A DNA stretch of 61,486 nucleotides from a virus (Duplodnaviria; Caudoviricetes): positions 1 through 61,486 of the IMG/VR virus record IMGVR_UViG_3300032215_000085; one strand, written 5' to 3'. A model generated the notes under the pieces. It searched no databases. It was not told the DNA's origin and saw nothing but the letters and a program-made list of their open reading frames with translations. This document shows positions 28,069-43,400 of this stretch, in pieces (the first letter of the stretch is position 1; every line of letters starts with the position of its first letter). A program made the position numbers and the translations under genes.

Positions 28069-31000
28069 ATGGCCACAAGTTCAAGACAATCAACAATATT
28101 TGGTTCCAATGATTGGAAAACCATCTATAAAACCTTTAGTCAGGCTGATTTTCAAAGCTACGACTATGAAACCCTACGTAAATCATTTGTAGATTATTTA
28201 AAAACATACTATCCTGAGACATTCAACGACTATGTTGAATCTAGTGAGTATATTGCATTGTTAGATATAATTGCCTTCATGGGTCAAAGTTTAAGTTTCC
28301 GTGATGATTTGAACACCCGTGAGAATTTTATAGACACCGCAGAACGCCGTGACAGTGTTATCAAATTGGCTAACCTAGTAGGATATAGTCCAAAACGTAA
28401 TTTGTCTGCTCAGGGCTTTCTAAAAGTAGTTAGCATAGCAACAACAGAAAATATTAATGATATTAATGGTGTAAATCTTAGTGGAACAACAGTGTTGTGG
28501 AATGACCCATCAAATAGTAATTGGCAAGAACAATTCAATACAGTGCTGAATGCGGCACTAGTGACTTCACAACGTATTGGGCGCCCAGGAAATACTAAAA
28601 CTGTATTGGGCGTAAAGACAAGTGAATATAGCTTAAAGATCCCTACCAATGTATTGCCTGCAATTGGATTTACTCAAAATATTAATGGTAATGGAATGAA
28701 CTTTGAACTAGTAAGTTCAAGTAGTGCGGGTGAAGATTATGTATATGAAATGTCCCCAAAAGCAAACGGTATATTTAATGTTCTATATAGAAATGATAAC
28801 TTGGGTTATGGTAGTGCAAATACAGGATTCTTTATGTACTTTAAACAAGGTACGTTAAAAAATCAATCTTTCTCGTTGACGCAAAAGATATCTAACCAAG
28901 TAGTGGACATTAATATTGAAGGTATTAACGATACTGATACTTGGTTGTTTAAAGTTGACTCCGTTACGGGAGCATTAACTGAATGGATTAAAGTAGACAG
29001 TATCTATAATAATGCATTAACAGAAATGAATATATTCTCAGTTGATTCACGCTTCAATGACCAAGTTAGTTATGTATTTGGTGATGGTGTATTTGGTGAA
29101 ATTCCAATTGGCAACTTTAGAGCATATTATAGAACAGGCAATGCACTACAATATAATATTGATCCAAGTGACATTCAAGGAACTACTGTTTCATTTAGTT
29201 ATGTTAGTAAAACTGCTAGAGTTGAAACATTAACCATAACATTGCAATTGACACAACCCGTGACTAATGCACAATCACGTGAAAGTATTGCTGATATTAA
29301 ACTACGTGCACCAACAAGATTCTATTCTCAGAATCGTATGGTTAACGGTGAAGATTATAATGTATTCCCAAAGACATTATACAGTAGTATATTAAAAAGT
29401 AAGGCATTAAATCGTAGTAGCATTGGCACTTCACGTAATTTTGATTTGCTTGATCCAACTGCAAAGTACTCAAGCGTAAATTCATTTGCAGAAGATGGCG
29501 CATTATATTTTAAACAAGATGATGAATTTCAGCCTCTTAACCTAGATAGAGGTACAACTAGTGTTATTAGTTTCTTAACCAATAAATTACTATCTATTTT
29601 GTCTAGTCGTAGAATGCAACAATACTACGTTACTAACGCACCTAGATATACAGTGACCGATACTATTTGGAAGCAAACTTCTTTTAATTCAACTAATATC
29701 ACCGGATACTTTAAATTGTTAAGTTTGAGCACCGCTATTCCTGTAGGAATATACAGTGCAACTAATATGAAATATGCAACAACTGGAGCATTAATTAAGT
29801 TTGTCGCACCCGGTGGCTTTGTGTTTCAAAATAATAGGTTAGTACCAAAGTTACCAGGACCCGGTGACTTGACATACATCTGGACATCAGTAGTTAACGT
29901 TGTAGAAGATGGATATAACGGCGGTGTTGGTAATTTATATAACGGTTTAGGACCGGTGACCCTTAGTCATAATATTCCTACAGGAGCATTGGTATCAATT
30001 GTTATTCCGGTATTTGATAATATTGTACCTAGTGCTATCATTCAAAATGCTATTGCACGATGCACAAACAATCAAAGTTTCTCATTGAATTATGTCAATT
30101 CGTTATCATTGGCTGACACAAGACGCTGGTCAATTTCTGATTATGACGCAAATAATTTCTTAGTCAACTTCAAAAGTATGGGAGATGGAATATATTCAGT
30201 AACTAATAAAGCGTTAGCTTATTATTTTGGTAGCGCAAATGATACTAGATTCTCATTTGATAGAAGTAAAATCATTTATGACCCTTTGTCAGGAAAGTCA
30301 TTATATGATACAGTCAAAGTATTAAAAACAAATACATTACCTAGTTCAAATGCAAACTTTGGTGATGATATTATGTTAGCTGTAGTTGGTCAACCAGTAG
30401 AAGCTGACGGATATGTTGATGATTACTCAATTGAAGTAAGTGTTATTGACCCCGCTAATAATAGGATTATAAGCAATCCAGATTTCTTTAATTATGTAAC
30501 TGGGTATAGCCAAGGTCTAAAAAATTATGTGTTTGTTGAAAAGATTATAGATAGTAATTTATTAAACAAATTTAGAATTATACCTAGCACTGAAATCATA
30601 ACTACATTTAAAAATAAAGTAGAAATTCAATCAATTAAATATGAATTCCCAATTGGGCAAAAATTCTATGCAACTGATGACAAGGTATTTTATCAATCAG
30701 TTAATGATGCAACATCTGCAAATGTATTAAAATTAAATGTTCTAACAAGCATTAGTACATATTCGGGACGCCAAGGACTGTATTTTCAATACAAGCATAA
30801 CAGCAGTAATACAGGTAGAATCAATCCGGCTACTACAAATATTATTGATATGTATCTAGTCACACAATCATACTACACACAATATCGTCAATGGATCACT
30901 GACACTACAGGTAAAGTAAATGAACCAGCCATGCCTACTATTAACGAATTGTCACAATCTTATGGTAAGATTGAGGATTATAAAATGTTAAGTGATAGTG

Positions 31001-31398
31001 TTATATTAAACAGTGTTAAATTTAAACCGTTGTTTGGATCTAAAGCAGACCCTCAATTACAAGCTATTATTAAAGTTATTAAAGCAAGTAAAACCACAGC
31101 AAGTGATAGTGAGATAAGTATTGCTGTAGTAAATGCAATTAACAAATATTTTGATATAAGTAATTGGGATTTTGGAGACATATTCTATTTCAGCGAACTA
31201 AGTGCATATTTGCACAGTGAATTGGGTGATTTAATAGGATCAGCTATATTGATCCCAAAAGACCCAACGTTAAAATTTGGGGATTTATATGAAATTCGTA
31301 GCGCACCAAATGAAATCTTCGTAAGTGCGTTACAAGTATCAGATATACAGGTAATAACTTCATTGACAGCAAATGAATTTCAAACAATTAGCGGATAA
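28069..31398 (+). CDS. gp6: Baseplate wedge subunit gp6
   Basis: DYETLRKS, ENFIDTAERRDSV..LA...GYSP, FGDGVFG, ESIADIKLRAP, QNRMVNGEDY. Confidence 0.88.
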   Translation: MATSSRQSTIFGSNDWKTIYKTFSQADFQSYDYETLRKSFVDYLKTYYPETFNDYVESSEYIALLDIIAFMGQSLSFRDDLNTRENFIDTAERRDSVIKLANLVGYSPKRNLSAQGFLKVVSIATTENINDINGVNLSGTTVLWNDPSNSNWQEQFNTVLNAALVTSQRIGRPGNTKTVLGVKTSEYSLKIPTNVLPAIGFTQNINGNGMNFELVSSSSAGEDYVYEMSPKANGIFNVLYRNDNLGYGSANTGFFMYFKQGTLKNQSFSLTQKISNQVVDINIEGINDTDTWLFKVDSVTGALTEWIKVDSIYNNALTEMNIFSVDSRFNDQVSYVFGDGVFGEIPIGNFRAYYRTGNALQYNIDPSDIQGTTVSFSYVSKTARVETLTITLQLTQPVTNAQSRESIADIKLRAPTRFYSQNRMVNGEDYNVFPKTLYSSILKSKALNRSSIGTSRNFDLLDPTAKYSSVNSFAEDGALYFKQDDEFQPLNLDRGTTSVISFLTNKLLSILSSRRMQQYYVTNAPRYTVTDTIWKQTSFNSTNITGYFKLLSLSTAIPVGIYSATNMKYATTGALIKFVAPGGFVFQNNRLVPKLPGPGDLTYIWTSVVNVVEDGYNGGVGNLYNGLGPVTLSHNIPTGALVSIVIPVFDNIVPSAIIQNAIARCTNNQSFSLNYVNSLSLADTRRWSISDYDANNFLVNFKSMGDGIYSVTNKALAYYFGSANDTRFSFDRSKIIYDPLSGKSLYDTVKVLKTNTLPSSNANFGDDIMLAVVGQPVEADGYVDDYSIEVSVIDPANNRIISNPDFFNYVTGYSQGLKNYVFVEKIIDSNLLNKFRIIPSTEIITTFKNKVEIQSIKYEFPIGQKFYATDDKVFYQSVNDATSANVLKLNVLTSISTYSGRQGLYFQYKHNSSNTGRINPATTNIIDMYLVTQSYYTQYRQWITDTTGKVNEPAMPTINELSQSYGKIEDYKMLSDSVILNSVKFKPLFGSKADPQLQAIIKVIKASKTTASDSEISIAVVNAINKYFDISNWDFGDIFYFSELSAYLHSELGDLIGSAILIPKDPTLKFGDLYEIRSAPNEIFVSALQVSDIQVITSLTANEFQTISG

Positions 31399-31403
31399 TA
31401 ATA

Positions 31404-34400
31404 ATGGCAAATAGAGTTAGAACACTTGACTTTCTTCCTGAGATTTTTAGAACAGAGACTAATAATCAATTTTTAGGTGCTACCCTAGACCAATTAATTA
31501 CGCTTCCTAAATTAGATAAGATTGAGGGATATATTGGTCGCAAATTTGAGTATGGGTTAACCGCTAGTGACAGTTATATAGTAGAACCAAATAAAGTTAG
31601 ACAACAATACCAATTTGAACCAGGTGTAGTATTTACTAAAACTAATACTAGTACCGCGGTTGACTTTTTAACGTATCCTGGATTAGTGGATGCACTAGCC
31701 GCTGAGAACGGATCGGTAATTAATCATTCTAAATTGTTTGCAAATCAATTCTACTCATGGGATAGTTTTGTTGACTTAGATAAACTTGTTAACTTCAGTC
31801 AATACTATTGGTTGCCTGATGGTCCTGACGTAGTAGATGTAAAAACAAGTTTGTTATATAATAAACTTGATTATGTAGTAACAAATCAATCAATTGACTA
31901 TCAAATTTCCGCAAACGATATTAGCTTGGGTAAGAATCCGATCATATCGCTATTGCGTGGCGGTACGTACACGTTCAATATATCACAACCAAATAAGTTT
32001 TACATTCAAACTAGTCCTGGCACTTCAGGTAAAAACCCATCACGTACTAATTTAAGCAACAGAGAGATTTATGGAGTAGATAACAACGGGATTAATTCTG
32101 GGTTCATGACATTTACTGTTCCTTATGCAACTGACCAAGATAATATTAGATATCCTGGTAATAACCCGGTTGATATTGTAACTACTTTACCGTTTGAAAA
32201 GATACACGGCATGCCTTTAAGTAAGCTTAAAGATATTGATGGTGTTAATTCATTGCGTAATAGAACGTTAATGTTTTATGGATTTAAACCAGGCACAACT
32301 GCTAAACTTACTAACTTCTATGATAATGTAGCATTTGATGAGGTTACTTACGATGGCGGTGATTTAACTGTAATTACAAATAATTTCTACAAAATTAATT
32401 ATGTCAGTGAGGACGGCGGTGACCCGGTAATTATATTAACCGAACACAAAGTTATTCCAACCAATCAAAAAATTACTGCAATCTTTGGTGAGACATTTAT
32501 TAGCAGAGACTTTGTAAAAAATCAATTAGGTGAGATTGTTAAATTAGCTCAGATTACTGCTGACCTAGATACTTTATATTATCAAGATGCAGTTGATCCA
32601 TTAAAGACAGGTCTTATAAAGTTAGTTGAAGATAATGTATCTCATAAAATCAATGTTGAGACAGATATTTTAGGTAAAAAAACATACAAAAGCCCGTTTG
32701 GTGTAGTATTCACGAATGGAATGAAAATTAACTTTGTAGGCTCAATATTACCGGAATCGTACCGAGATAAAAAATATTATGTAGAAGGCGTTGGAACCGG
32801 CATTCAGTTAATTCCGGAGACCGATGTATTAGTTCCAGAAACATTCAGTCAAATTGTCTATAAGTCATATGACAATGAAGGGTTTGATACTTCAACATTC
32901 AGTGAACGATTGAATGTTCCTGTAGTTAAGGATTACATTACTATTAGTAGAAATGCTAGAAATAGAAACGCATGGAGTCGTAGTAATCGCTGGTTTCATA
33001 TTGATGTACTGAAAGCTACCGCTTTATATTCAAGTGGAAAGATATCTAATGCCGCATTGAATAACGCAGACAACCGTGCCAAAAGACCAATCATTGAGTT
33101 TTATCCAAATTTAAAATTGTTTAACAGTGGTACCGTACACAAGACGTTTGTTGATTTTATTGATACTACAACAACAAATGCTAATACCCAAGTATCAGGT
33201 AAAACATCATATATACCTGACGGTAGCTTACCGTTATTTGATGGTGCAACAATCGTCTTTACTGCTGATACTGATATTGAAGTGCGAAACAAGATATTCA
33301 CTGTTAAATTTCAGTCAATTACTGGATTTGGTACACCGGTAATTACATTAACCAATGCAAATAAAGATGTTATTCTTGCAAATGAACAAGTAGTTTCAAA
33401 ACGCGGAACTAACAATGTTGGTAAAACATATTACTTTAGTGGTTCAACTTGGACATATGCACAAGCAAAAACGTTGATAAATCAACCTCCTATATTTGAT
33501 GTATTTGATATTAATGGTATAAGTTTCAATAACCAATCATATTATCAAGGTAGTGACTTTAAAGGAAGCAAGTTATTTTCATATGCTACTGGTACTGGTA
33601 CTGATGATACAGTATTAGGGTTTCCAATAAAATATAGTTCAGTTGCTAATATTGGTGATATTAATTTTAATGTTGATTTTAACAGCGATACATTTAATTT
33701 TATTAAAAACTTTGTTTCTACCACGTATAAAATTACTGATGGATATGTCCATAACTATACATCACGTACAGGATACAGTAGAAAAATAGGTTGGGAAACT
33801 GCGGTTGGAGAAAGTTTTCAGTATCAGGCATTTGAATTTCAATATCAAATTGGTGTTACTACACCATCAATAAAATTCAATATTTTACCTGTTACAGGTA
33901 GTCCGTGGCCAACAGTTAGAGTATTTGCTGATAGCACAGAACTTACTACGTCACAATTTACTGTCACTACCTCTACAAAGTTAAACCAAACAGTTATTAC
34001 ATTGTTATATCCTCCTACAGTTAATACAATGATGCAGGTGTTGATATACAGCAATGATCCACTTGATTCAAAAGCATATTTTACAATACCAAGTAACTTA
34101 TCTAATAACCCATTCAACGTTGATATCCCTGAATTAAGTTTAGGTGATTTACGTGGGCATTATCAAAGCATTTATAAAAATAGCAGAAAAGTTACCGGTG
34201 ATGTATTTGGTGCAAATAACTTCAGAGATGCCGGAAACTTAATTTCATATTCTACTAAAATAATTAGAAACAGTGCCCCAATGGTTAATTTGGCAGCATT
34301 CATGCGTCATAATGAATACAATCTAATAGATTCATTGTCGTTTAACGCACAAGAGTATGTTAAATTTAAACAATTAATGTTGTCAACAGTTGACCAATCA

Positions 34401-37400
34401 GAATATATTCCAACTATGTCTGGCGCACAAATGCTAGATGATGTGTTACAACAGATTGCGTCATACAAACAAGAAAGCGATAGTTTCTTTTGGTCAGATA
34501 TGTTGCCGGCAAGAGCACCGTATATCTCTAAGACCTATACATTTAACGCATTTATTGACACCAGTTTTTTCCCGTTAAGTAAGATATACGATTTTAAAAA
34601 TGCAAACTATAATTCAATTTTAGTTTACAGTAAAAATACAATTAGTGGAATTGATAGATACACTCAACTTATTAAAGATTTAGATTATACAATAAGCAGT
34701 ACACAACCTAAATTACAAATTACTAAAGATTTGGTTGCAGGCGACACTATTATTATAAATGAATTTAATACAACTTATGGTAGTTATGTACCAAGTACTC
34801 CTAGTAAGTTGGGTTTATATCCTGCAAGTCGCCCTAGCATTGTGTTAGACAACAGTTATCTAATCCCTACATATTTTATTAAAGGTCATGACGGATCATT
34901 AACTAAGTTATATGGTGCCTATAATAATGGATACCTAGAAGATTTCAAAGATAAAGTTTTACTAGAGTTTGAAACTCGTATTTACAATAATATCAAAGTA
35001 AGTTCTCCTATACCAATTAATGAAGATGAAATTATTCCGGGATATTTCAGAAGTACTGGTAACTCACTTACAGAAGTTCAAAATATTTATTCTGCTAATT
35101 TTTTGGACTGGGCTGGTAAAAATAATATTGATTTTGCAAATAATTTCTATTCAACAAGCGAAAAATTTACTTGGAATTACAAAGATTCTACCGACAAAAA
35201 CAATAAAGTTATAACTCAGGGTTTTTGGAGAGGTATATATTTGTGGTACTATGATACTACGACCCCTCATTCAACACCATGGGAAATGTTAGGATTATCA
35301 GATAAGCCTTCTTGGTGGGATTCTCGTTATGGTGAAGCACCTTATACAAGTGACAACGCAGTATTGTGGTCAGACATTGAAGCCGGGAGAGTTAACGGTG
35401 CAGTTAATTCACGCAGAACAAGACCGGGATTATCTAAAATATTACCAGTTGATTCATACGGTAATTTAAAGAATCCATTTAACACAATGATTCGTGACTA
35501 TAGTAAGTCAGTGTTTAATACTGCATGGGATGTAGGTGATGTGGGTCCTGCGGAATATAGTTATAGAAGAAGCAGTAACTGGCCATTTGATTTAATGAAG
35601 ATAATTGCATTATTAAAGCCGGCAAAGTTCTTCTCATTGTCACAAGACATAGATTTATATACGTATAGTCCAGAATTTAATCAATTCCTGCTAGATGGAT
35701 TCCTACATGAAAACAAAATTCCATTATTATATGGTAGTGGAACAGCACAGCATAGTTATATGAATTGGATCGTTGATTATGTGCAACGTACGGGTCATGT
35801 AGGATATGATAATGTTACAACATTATTAAACAATTTAGATGTTAGATTAATTTATAGAATTGCTGGATTTACAGATAAAGAATATTTAAATTTTTACCTA
35901 GAAAAAACAAGCACTAACTCAAATAACGTGTCATTGTTGTTACCTAGCGAAAGTTACAATGTAATATTGTATCAAAATCAACCTGAATTTACTATTCGCT
36001 ATAGTAGTATAATTATACAAAGAACACTTAATGGATATTCAGTTACTGGTAATAATCAGACTCGTTCATATTTTATGACGTATACTTCTGATCCAGACGG
36101 TACGTATAAAGAAATTGAAGTTAATGGTATAAAAGTAAATATACCTAATAATTATAATACTAAAATTAAATATGTCCCCTATGGCAACGTGTTTGCTACG
36201 GCACAAGCCTTAGGTGAGTTTATCATTAATTATGGTAGATATTTAACTGACCAAGGAATTCAATTTGATAACCAAGAAAATGGATTTATATTAAATTGGG
36301 ATCAAATGGTTGCTGAGGCACTATATTGGGTAGGAGCTAATTGGGAAGTTGGAAGTTTGATTAGTATTAACCCAATTGCAAATCGTTTAGTAATTGACAA
36401 AGATAGTTTAATTGTTCAACCATTATCTGCACAAGATAAGAATTTTATTCTAAATCAAAATTTATATGCAATTCATACAAGTGATTTGGCAATATTAAGA
36501 GATGATACTAGATTTGAAGTTAGACCGTTAAACGACGGTGATACTATTTCGTATTTTACTGCAAGTTTAAATTCATTAGAACATGGTATTGTATTTGATA
36601 ACGTGTCATTGTTTAACGATACTATATTCAATAAACTTACCGGATTGCGTCAGAATAGATTATTCTTGCGTGGACAAAAAACTGCTGAATGGAATGGTAC
36701 ATTAAATGCTCAAGGATTTATATTAAATCAGGACAATATTGAAAATTGGTCAGCCAATGTAAAATATGTTAAGGGCTCTATTATAACATATCAAAACAAA
36801 TATTGGATGGCAAATAAAACAGTATTGGCATCACTTACATTCAATACAAATGATTGGATTGAAACCGATTACGAAAAAATTCAAAAAGGTCTATTACCTA
36901 ATGCAAGCACACGGGCATCAGAAAGTGCATTGTATTATGATACCAAAACTGCTAATCTAAAGAATGACGGAGACCTGTTAGGGTTCTCGCTGATTGGGTA
37001 TAGACCTAGAGAGTACTTATCTGCTAGTGACCTATCAGATATTTCACAAGTTAACTTATTCAAAAGTTTTATTGGTGAAAAGGGAACTAAGAATGCAGTT
37101 AATATTGCTCAAAACATTACATTAGATGTTGGACAAATAAAGTATGATGTATACGAAAACTGGGCTATTAAAACTGCTGAATACGGCGGAATAACTAACC
37201 ACAATTTTATTGAATTTAAACTCAGTAAAACTCAATTAACTGGTAATCCTAACATTATTGGTATAGTAAATGATACACCTGAACCAGGACTATTACAAAC
37301 TGTTCCTTTGTATGGGTTAACTAACTTTGGATCAGTAATAGCAGATATTAATATTTTACCTAGAAAACCTCTTGATTATTTTGAAAAATTACCAAGTGCA

Positions 37401-40400
37401 GGATATGTTAACTTCAATGACATTAAGATGTATAGTTTCTCATTTGATAGATTGTGTGTAGGTACACTGACTGCAAATGACATATATCAGGGTGATTATA
37501 TCTGGATTGCAGATGACTATGGTAATTGGAAAGTAATTACACCAATTCCAATGGGTACAATTGAAAAACATGTCAATGTCATCAATGTAAATAATAATTT
37601 TAATGGTACTGTTACATTTGAATTTGATTTCCCGCATGGATTGGTTAAAAATGATACATTCATGATTGTTAACTATGATTCTTCTATTGACGGATTTTAT
37701 AGAGTTAATACTGTAGGTGGACTAACAACGGTGACAGTAGATTTATCATTGCCATCGGAGATCACCGTTATTACTAGTTTGGGTATTGCGTCTAAATTTC
37801 AAACACAACGCATAACAACTACAAAAGAATTATCTAACTTATTATTAATGAATGACGGCGCCAGCCAACAGAAAATATGGATTGACACCGATCAAAATGG
37901 TAAGTGGGCAGTATACCAGAAAGATTTAAGTTACAAATATACTAATTTATTGAAGAAATCAGGTACACAGAATTTTGGTAACGCGGTAATATTTGATAAA
38001 GATTTAGGTGTATATGTAGGAGATCCGGGAGCAAAAACAATTTATAGATATGCATATGCTAAAGCAGGAACGTATGGTGTAACTTCACTTAATGCAAACA
38101 CATATGAATATAAAGAATCGGTTTATGTTAATACAACTGGATTTGGAACTGCAATGGCTAAGTCAGATGATATCATTGTAATTACTTCACCTGATGCGGC
38201 AAACAGTTATATCTATATTGGTGTATTACATCCAAGTTCTCATAAATCTTTTGTAGTTCAACAATTAATTACTATTGCTGGTAAGCGTGTTGGTGATGCA
38301 GTAGCGTTATCCGGTGACAAGAAATGGTTATATTTAAATTCATTAGCAGAAGCAAAAGTATATGTATACCGTCTTGATGATAATCCTAATCGCATATCTG
38401 CTGGATTTGTACTTTCATCTCCAATTGACCTTTATGCAACCGGTTTCATTGTTGCCGGAGATCAATCCGATGGATTAGGTCACGGAGACAAGATTTCTTT
38501 TACCAATGCAATTAAAGCAGAAACATATATCATTGAAACCGCTGAATACGATCTTGGTACAAACAAAACTACTTTTTATATTCAAGGTAATTTTAAATCA
38601 CCTGTGGTTAATGGAACTACAGTTTATAAAGTAACATATAATTATTCAAGTGTAACAACATTAGATGTATCAGATGTTATTCCTGCTTGGTCAGGCTCTA
38701 CCTCCTACAGTGTAGGTGCAGTTGTATATTATAGTGGTAACACATACATAGCAGTAGGCGGCAGCACTAACCAAAATCCAAGAACCCAGACAGTATACTG
38801 GAAAGTATCTAACACTGGCTTTGGTACTACACTCTCTACTAACTATGATGGAAGTAAAGTTTTTATCAGTGCTCCTGCATTAGATTTTACACCAACACTA
38901 TTCAATATGGGTGCAGTGTATGTGTATACTAGAATTGTTCAGAACATTACCTATGTAAGAGATTCTTTAGACTGGACAGACTTAACTACTAAGCTAGCAT
39001 GGGCTCCATTTAATGGTATTTCTGTAATCCATAATGGAAATTTACTAGTTCCTAATATAGATTATACTACAACATCTAATTTGGTTACATTCAAATACCC
39101 GTTTAGAGTTGGGGCAGGTGATCTCGTTAATATTAGTTCGGGTGATTTTATCTTTACACAAACATTGACTCCGTATGATTATAGAACAAGTATCAGATCC
39201 GGTATTGCATTTGGAACAGGATTAGACACCAATAGATTTGGTAATGATGTTCTTGTTGGTGCACCGTTTGATATATCACCTGAAAACTATGAAGGTGCAG
39301 TTTATAGATATACACATGAAGGTAAAAAATACGGAACAGTTACTGGAATTAGGCCAGTTACCCTATCGTATGGAGCTGTTATTTTTATTAATGGATTTGC
39401 TGTCCCAATACCAGGCACCGGTGTTACTGATATAGTAAAAGCAATCAATGGCTTAGGACTTTCCCCCGATCAGTCTTTAAACGTGGGTGCCACTGAAATG
39501 CCTGGTGGAATATTACGCCTTTACTTAATTGACAATACTCTTGGTAAATTGAATGACAAATTAACAATTTCCGCATTCTATAAGTCAGTACTTGATGATT
39601 TAGGAATAGCAGAATATACTCAAACACAAACTATTCGTGAAGTACACAGTACAACGCATCCAACTCAATTTGGTTATTCTATAAAGTTCAACGAATATAA
39701 TTCTGTAGCAATTAGTGCGCCCGTAGCTAATAGATTTGCCGCAACAACGTTTGATTTTATTGATGATAGTAAATCAAATAATGATACATATTTTGATAAT
39801 AACTTCACACGATTTGTTGACTCGTTTGCAAACGCCGGTGCAGTATTTGTTTATGACTATATTGCGGAATACAATGAAAGTCTAACTAACTTAGGTAGTT
39901 ACGTGTTTGCACAATCATGCAATGATTTAATTACTAACGTTGGACCTAATGCATTCTATGGAAAGAAACTAGCATTTAGCGAATATAATTTGGTAGTGGG
40001 TATACCTGACAATTTGTCAGGAGATGGATTTAATGGTAGAGTAATTGTATATAGAAATAGTACAAACAAACCAAATTGGAATATCTTTAGAAAGTCAAAC
40101 GTAATAGTTGATATTGATAAATTATCCGGAGTACAAATATACAACAACGATACTAATGAACGTATTCAATCATTGGATTATATTGATCCTTTACAAGGTA
40201 AATTGTTGGGTGTTGTATTAGAAAATTTAGATTATATTGATAGCATTGATCCTGCAGGATATAATACAGATGTTAGAAATCACAACTTAGTTTGGTCTAG
40301 TGAACATGTTGGTAAACTGTGGTTTGACACATCGTCAACACGTTTTGTAAACTATCACCAAGAAGATAATGTGTATAATAGTAAATACTGGGGTACAGTT

Positions 40401-43400
40401 TTCCCTGACAGTACTGTAAGTGTATATACTTGGGTTGAAAGCGATGTCACCCCTGTTAACTATGCAGGAACAGGAAGACCTTATGATTTAGAATCATATA
40501 CAACAACAGTTGAAGTAGACAGTGCCGGATCATTGGTATTGAAATACTATTACTGGGTCAAGAATACTAACGTTATTCAAATTGTTAAAGGTAAAACTTT
40601 ATCCGACACAATCTTGGAGTTGTATATTGCAAATCCAATAACATCAGGTGTACCGTTCTTTGCGGCATATAAACCTAATGTGTTTGGTCTATACAGTGCT
40701 AGTGAATTTATTACAGACGTAACTTCTAGTTTATATATAGGATTTAGTTCTGGTAGTAATGAAACACCTGCATACAATGAATATAAATTAATTCGTGCAG
40801 GTTATGAAGATGACTTCATCTCAGGTATCCCCTCAATGTATACCGAGCATACTGAACCGGAAGCAATGTATGAAAAATTACTAGACAGCCTAGCTGGTAT
40901 GGACAGTCAAGGTCGTGTAGTTCCCGACATTTATTTACCTAAATTGATGCAAACAGGAACAGCGTATAGACCTAGACAAAGTATGTTTAAGAATAGATTG
41001 AAAGCATTGTCTAACTATTTTGGATATGCTAATAATGTATTGAAGCAATACCCTATTGCTGAGTTTAAAACTCCTAGTTTGTTAGGTTCAAGTAATAGCG
41101 CAAGTAGCACAGTAAGAGCACCAACATTCTTTACAATCACCGGTATTGATTTTGATACAACTAAGTACTGGGAATATACGTATTGGTGGGCAGAAGGATA
41201 TAGTGTTAATACTAAGATTGATGTTGAAGTTTCTAAATATTATGGTCTTGCCACACTAATTCCAAATACAGGTACGATTGCCGGCGTCACTGCAAATAGT
41301 GAAGGTAAGCGTGAAGTATATGTTTACAACGGAAAATCTTGGGATAGAATTGGATTAGAACAAGGAACAATTCAAATTAAAGAATCACTGTGGAATTATT
41401 CTGGAAACAAAATTGGTTTTGACAGTAATTTCTTTGACTTAGATGCATATGATTCATATCCTTCAATGGAAACTCGTTATATTATTCGTGCATTAAATGA
41501 ACAGATTTACACAGAAACATTGCGTATTCACCGTAATAAAAGTTTAATATTGTTATTTGAATATATTGTAAGTGAGAATACAACCTCGCAAAATAATTTG
41601 ACTTGGTTGAATAAAACATCACTAGTAGATGTACAACATACCTTGCGTGAATTGGCTCAGGACAAAAATTATAAGCGTGATAATCAAGTGTTCTTAGAAG
41701 GCTTTATTAATGAAGTTAAACCTTATCGTGTAGTAATTAAAGAATTCTTATTGAAATATACTAAATCAGAATCTTACACAGGACAAGTCACTGACTTTGA
41801 TTTACCAGGTAGATATAACCCTACTATTGATAGATTTATAACACCTAATTTAGTTTTTGACTCAGTAAAAGCTACTGGGCAAGTACTACCTACTAACACT
41901 ATTTGGACTGATAGTTTATACTCTGATTGGTATAATAATTATGGTATATCATTAACAGGAAAAGCTAATACACCTATTACATCTTTGGCAGTATATTTAG
42001 ATACTATTAGTGCTGTCTTGTATGTTAATGATGCATTTGGACTACCAATAACAGGTAGAATTAAAATTGATGATGAGTATATTGATTATTCTCAGATTAA
42101 CAGGGAAAAAGGTAAATTATATAGTCTAACCCGCGGCGCCGGCAATAGCGATATTGCAGAGCATATTCCGGGAACAACCGTATATATTGATTTACCTGGA
42201 GTAGTGTTATTAGATTCCGGTAGAGACTATATTGACCCTCCTCAAATCAGTGCAGTAGTTGACACAACAATTTATCCAGCACCAACTAGACCTGCTACTC
42301 TTGTACCAATTATGTCAAGTGGTAAAGTAATTGATATTGTTGTAACTGATCCGGGATTAGGGTATACAACTAAACCGGATATTGTAATTCAAGCATCTGT
42401 CACTGTATTATTTGATAGTGCAGATATTAACTATGTAGATAATACTATTAACATTAACGCAGTTTCATTAATAACAGGAGACGCAATAAAATATACTAAA
42501 GGATTAACAAGTCTTGGAATCTCTGGATTACAAAACAAAAAATATTACTATGTGCGTGTGATTAGTAGCGATAACTTGTTTCATAAAAAATCAGTTATAG
42601 CATTGTACACTACCAAAAATAATGCAATGATAGATTCACATCGAGTGAATTTAGCTGAAAGTGTAAACAGTATTAATAACAGATTGGAAGTTTCTGCAAG
42701 GGCAGTACCTATAATATCTAACACACCAACCAGAGAATTAACTTCTACATTAAAATTTGATAGAACAAGTTATAGAACCAAAGTTGAAGATTGGATTTCT
42801 GGTGAATATTATGGTAGTTTAGTAACAAATAATGGTACAGAAAGTAGTTTAGACTTACCGGTAAACTACGCCATACCTTATCCAGGAGTTACTGGTGTGG
42901 CAACTCATCCAGGTAGACTAACAGACGGTGCAGGCGCAATATTTAATATATATAATATTTTATTTGGTCTAATCTATGATGCTGAAATTACTTTTGAAGG
43001 AACATCGTATGATGTTGGAGATATTGTTACTATTGCAGGTGCTAATTTAGGCGGAACAACACCCACAAATAACTGTCGGTTAACAGTTACTGCAATTAGT
43101 AACGTTGGGGGAATCACTGCTGTAACAGTAGCAGGCACTCCCTCAACAGTAACACGTGCTAGTATTCAGCAAGCAATATTACCAATAACATCAGTTGGCT
43201 CTGTAAATGCAACAATTGCGTCTACTACTGCCGGTAGTATATTTGGTAACCAGTTTGTAGCCTCTGGTACAATACAAGGGCTGTTTATTCCAGGCATGAT
43301 TTTAAGCGGCGGAACTATCCCTGCATACTCAGTGTATATTACTGAAGTTGTAACTGCTAAATTTACTGCTGAAATATTTGGAACTAGTACTGTTAAAATA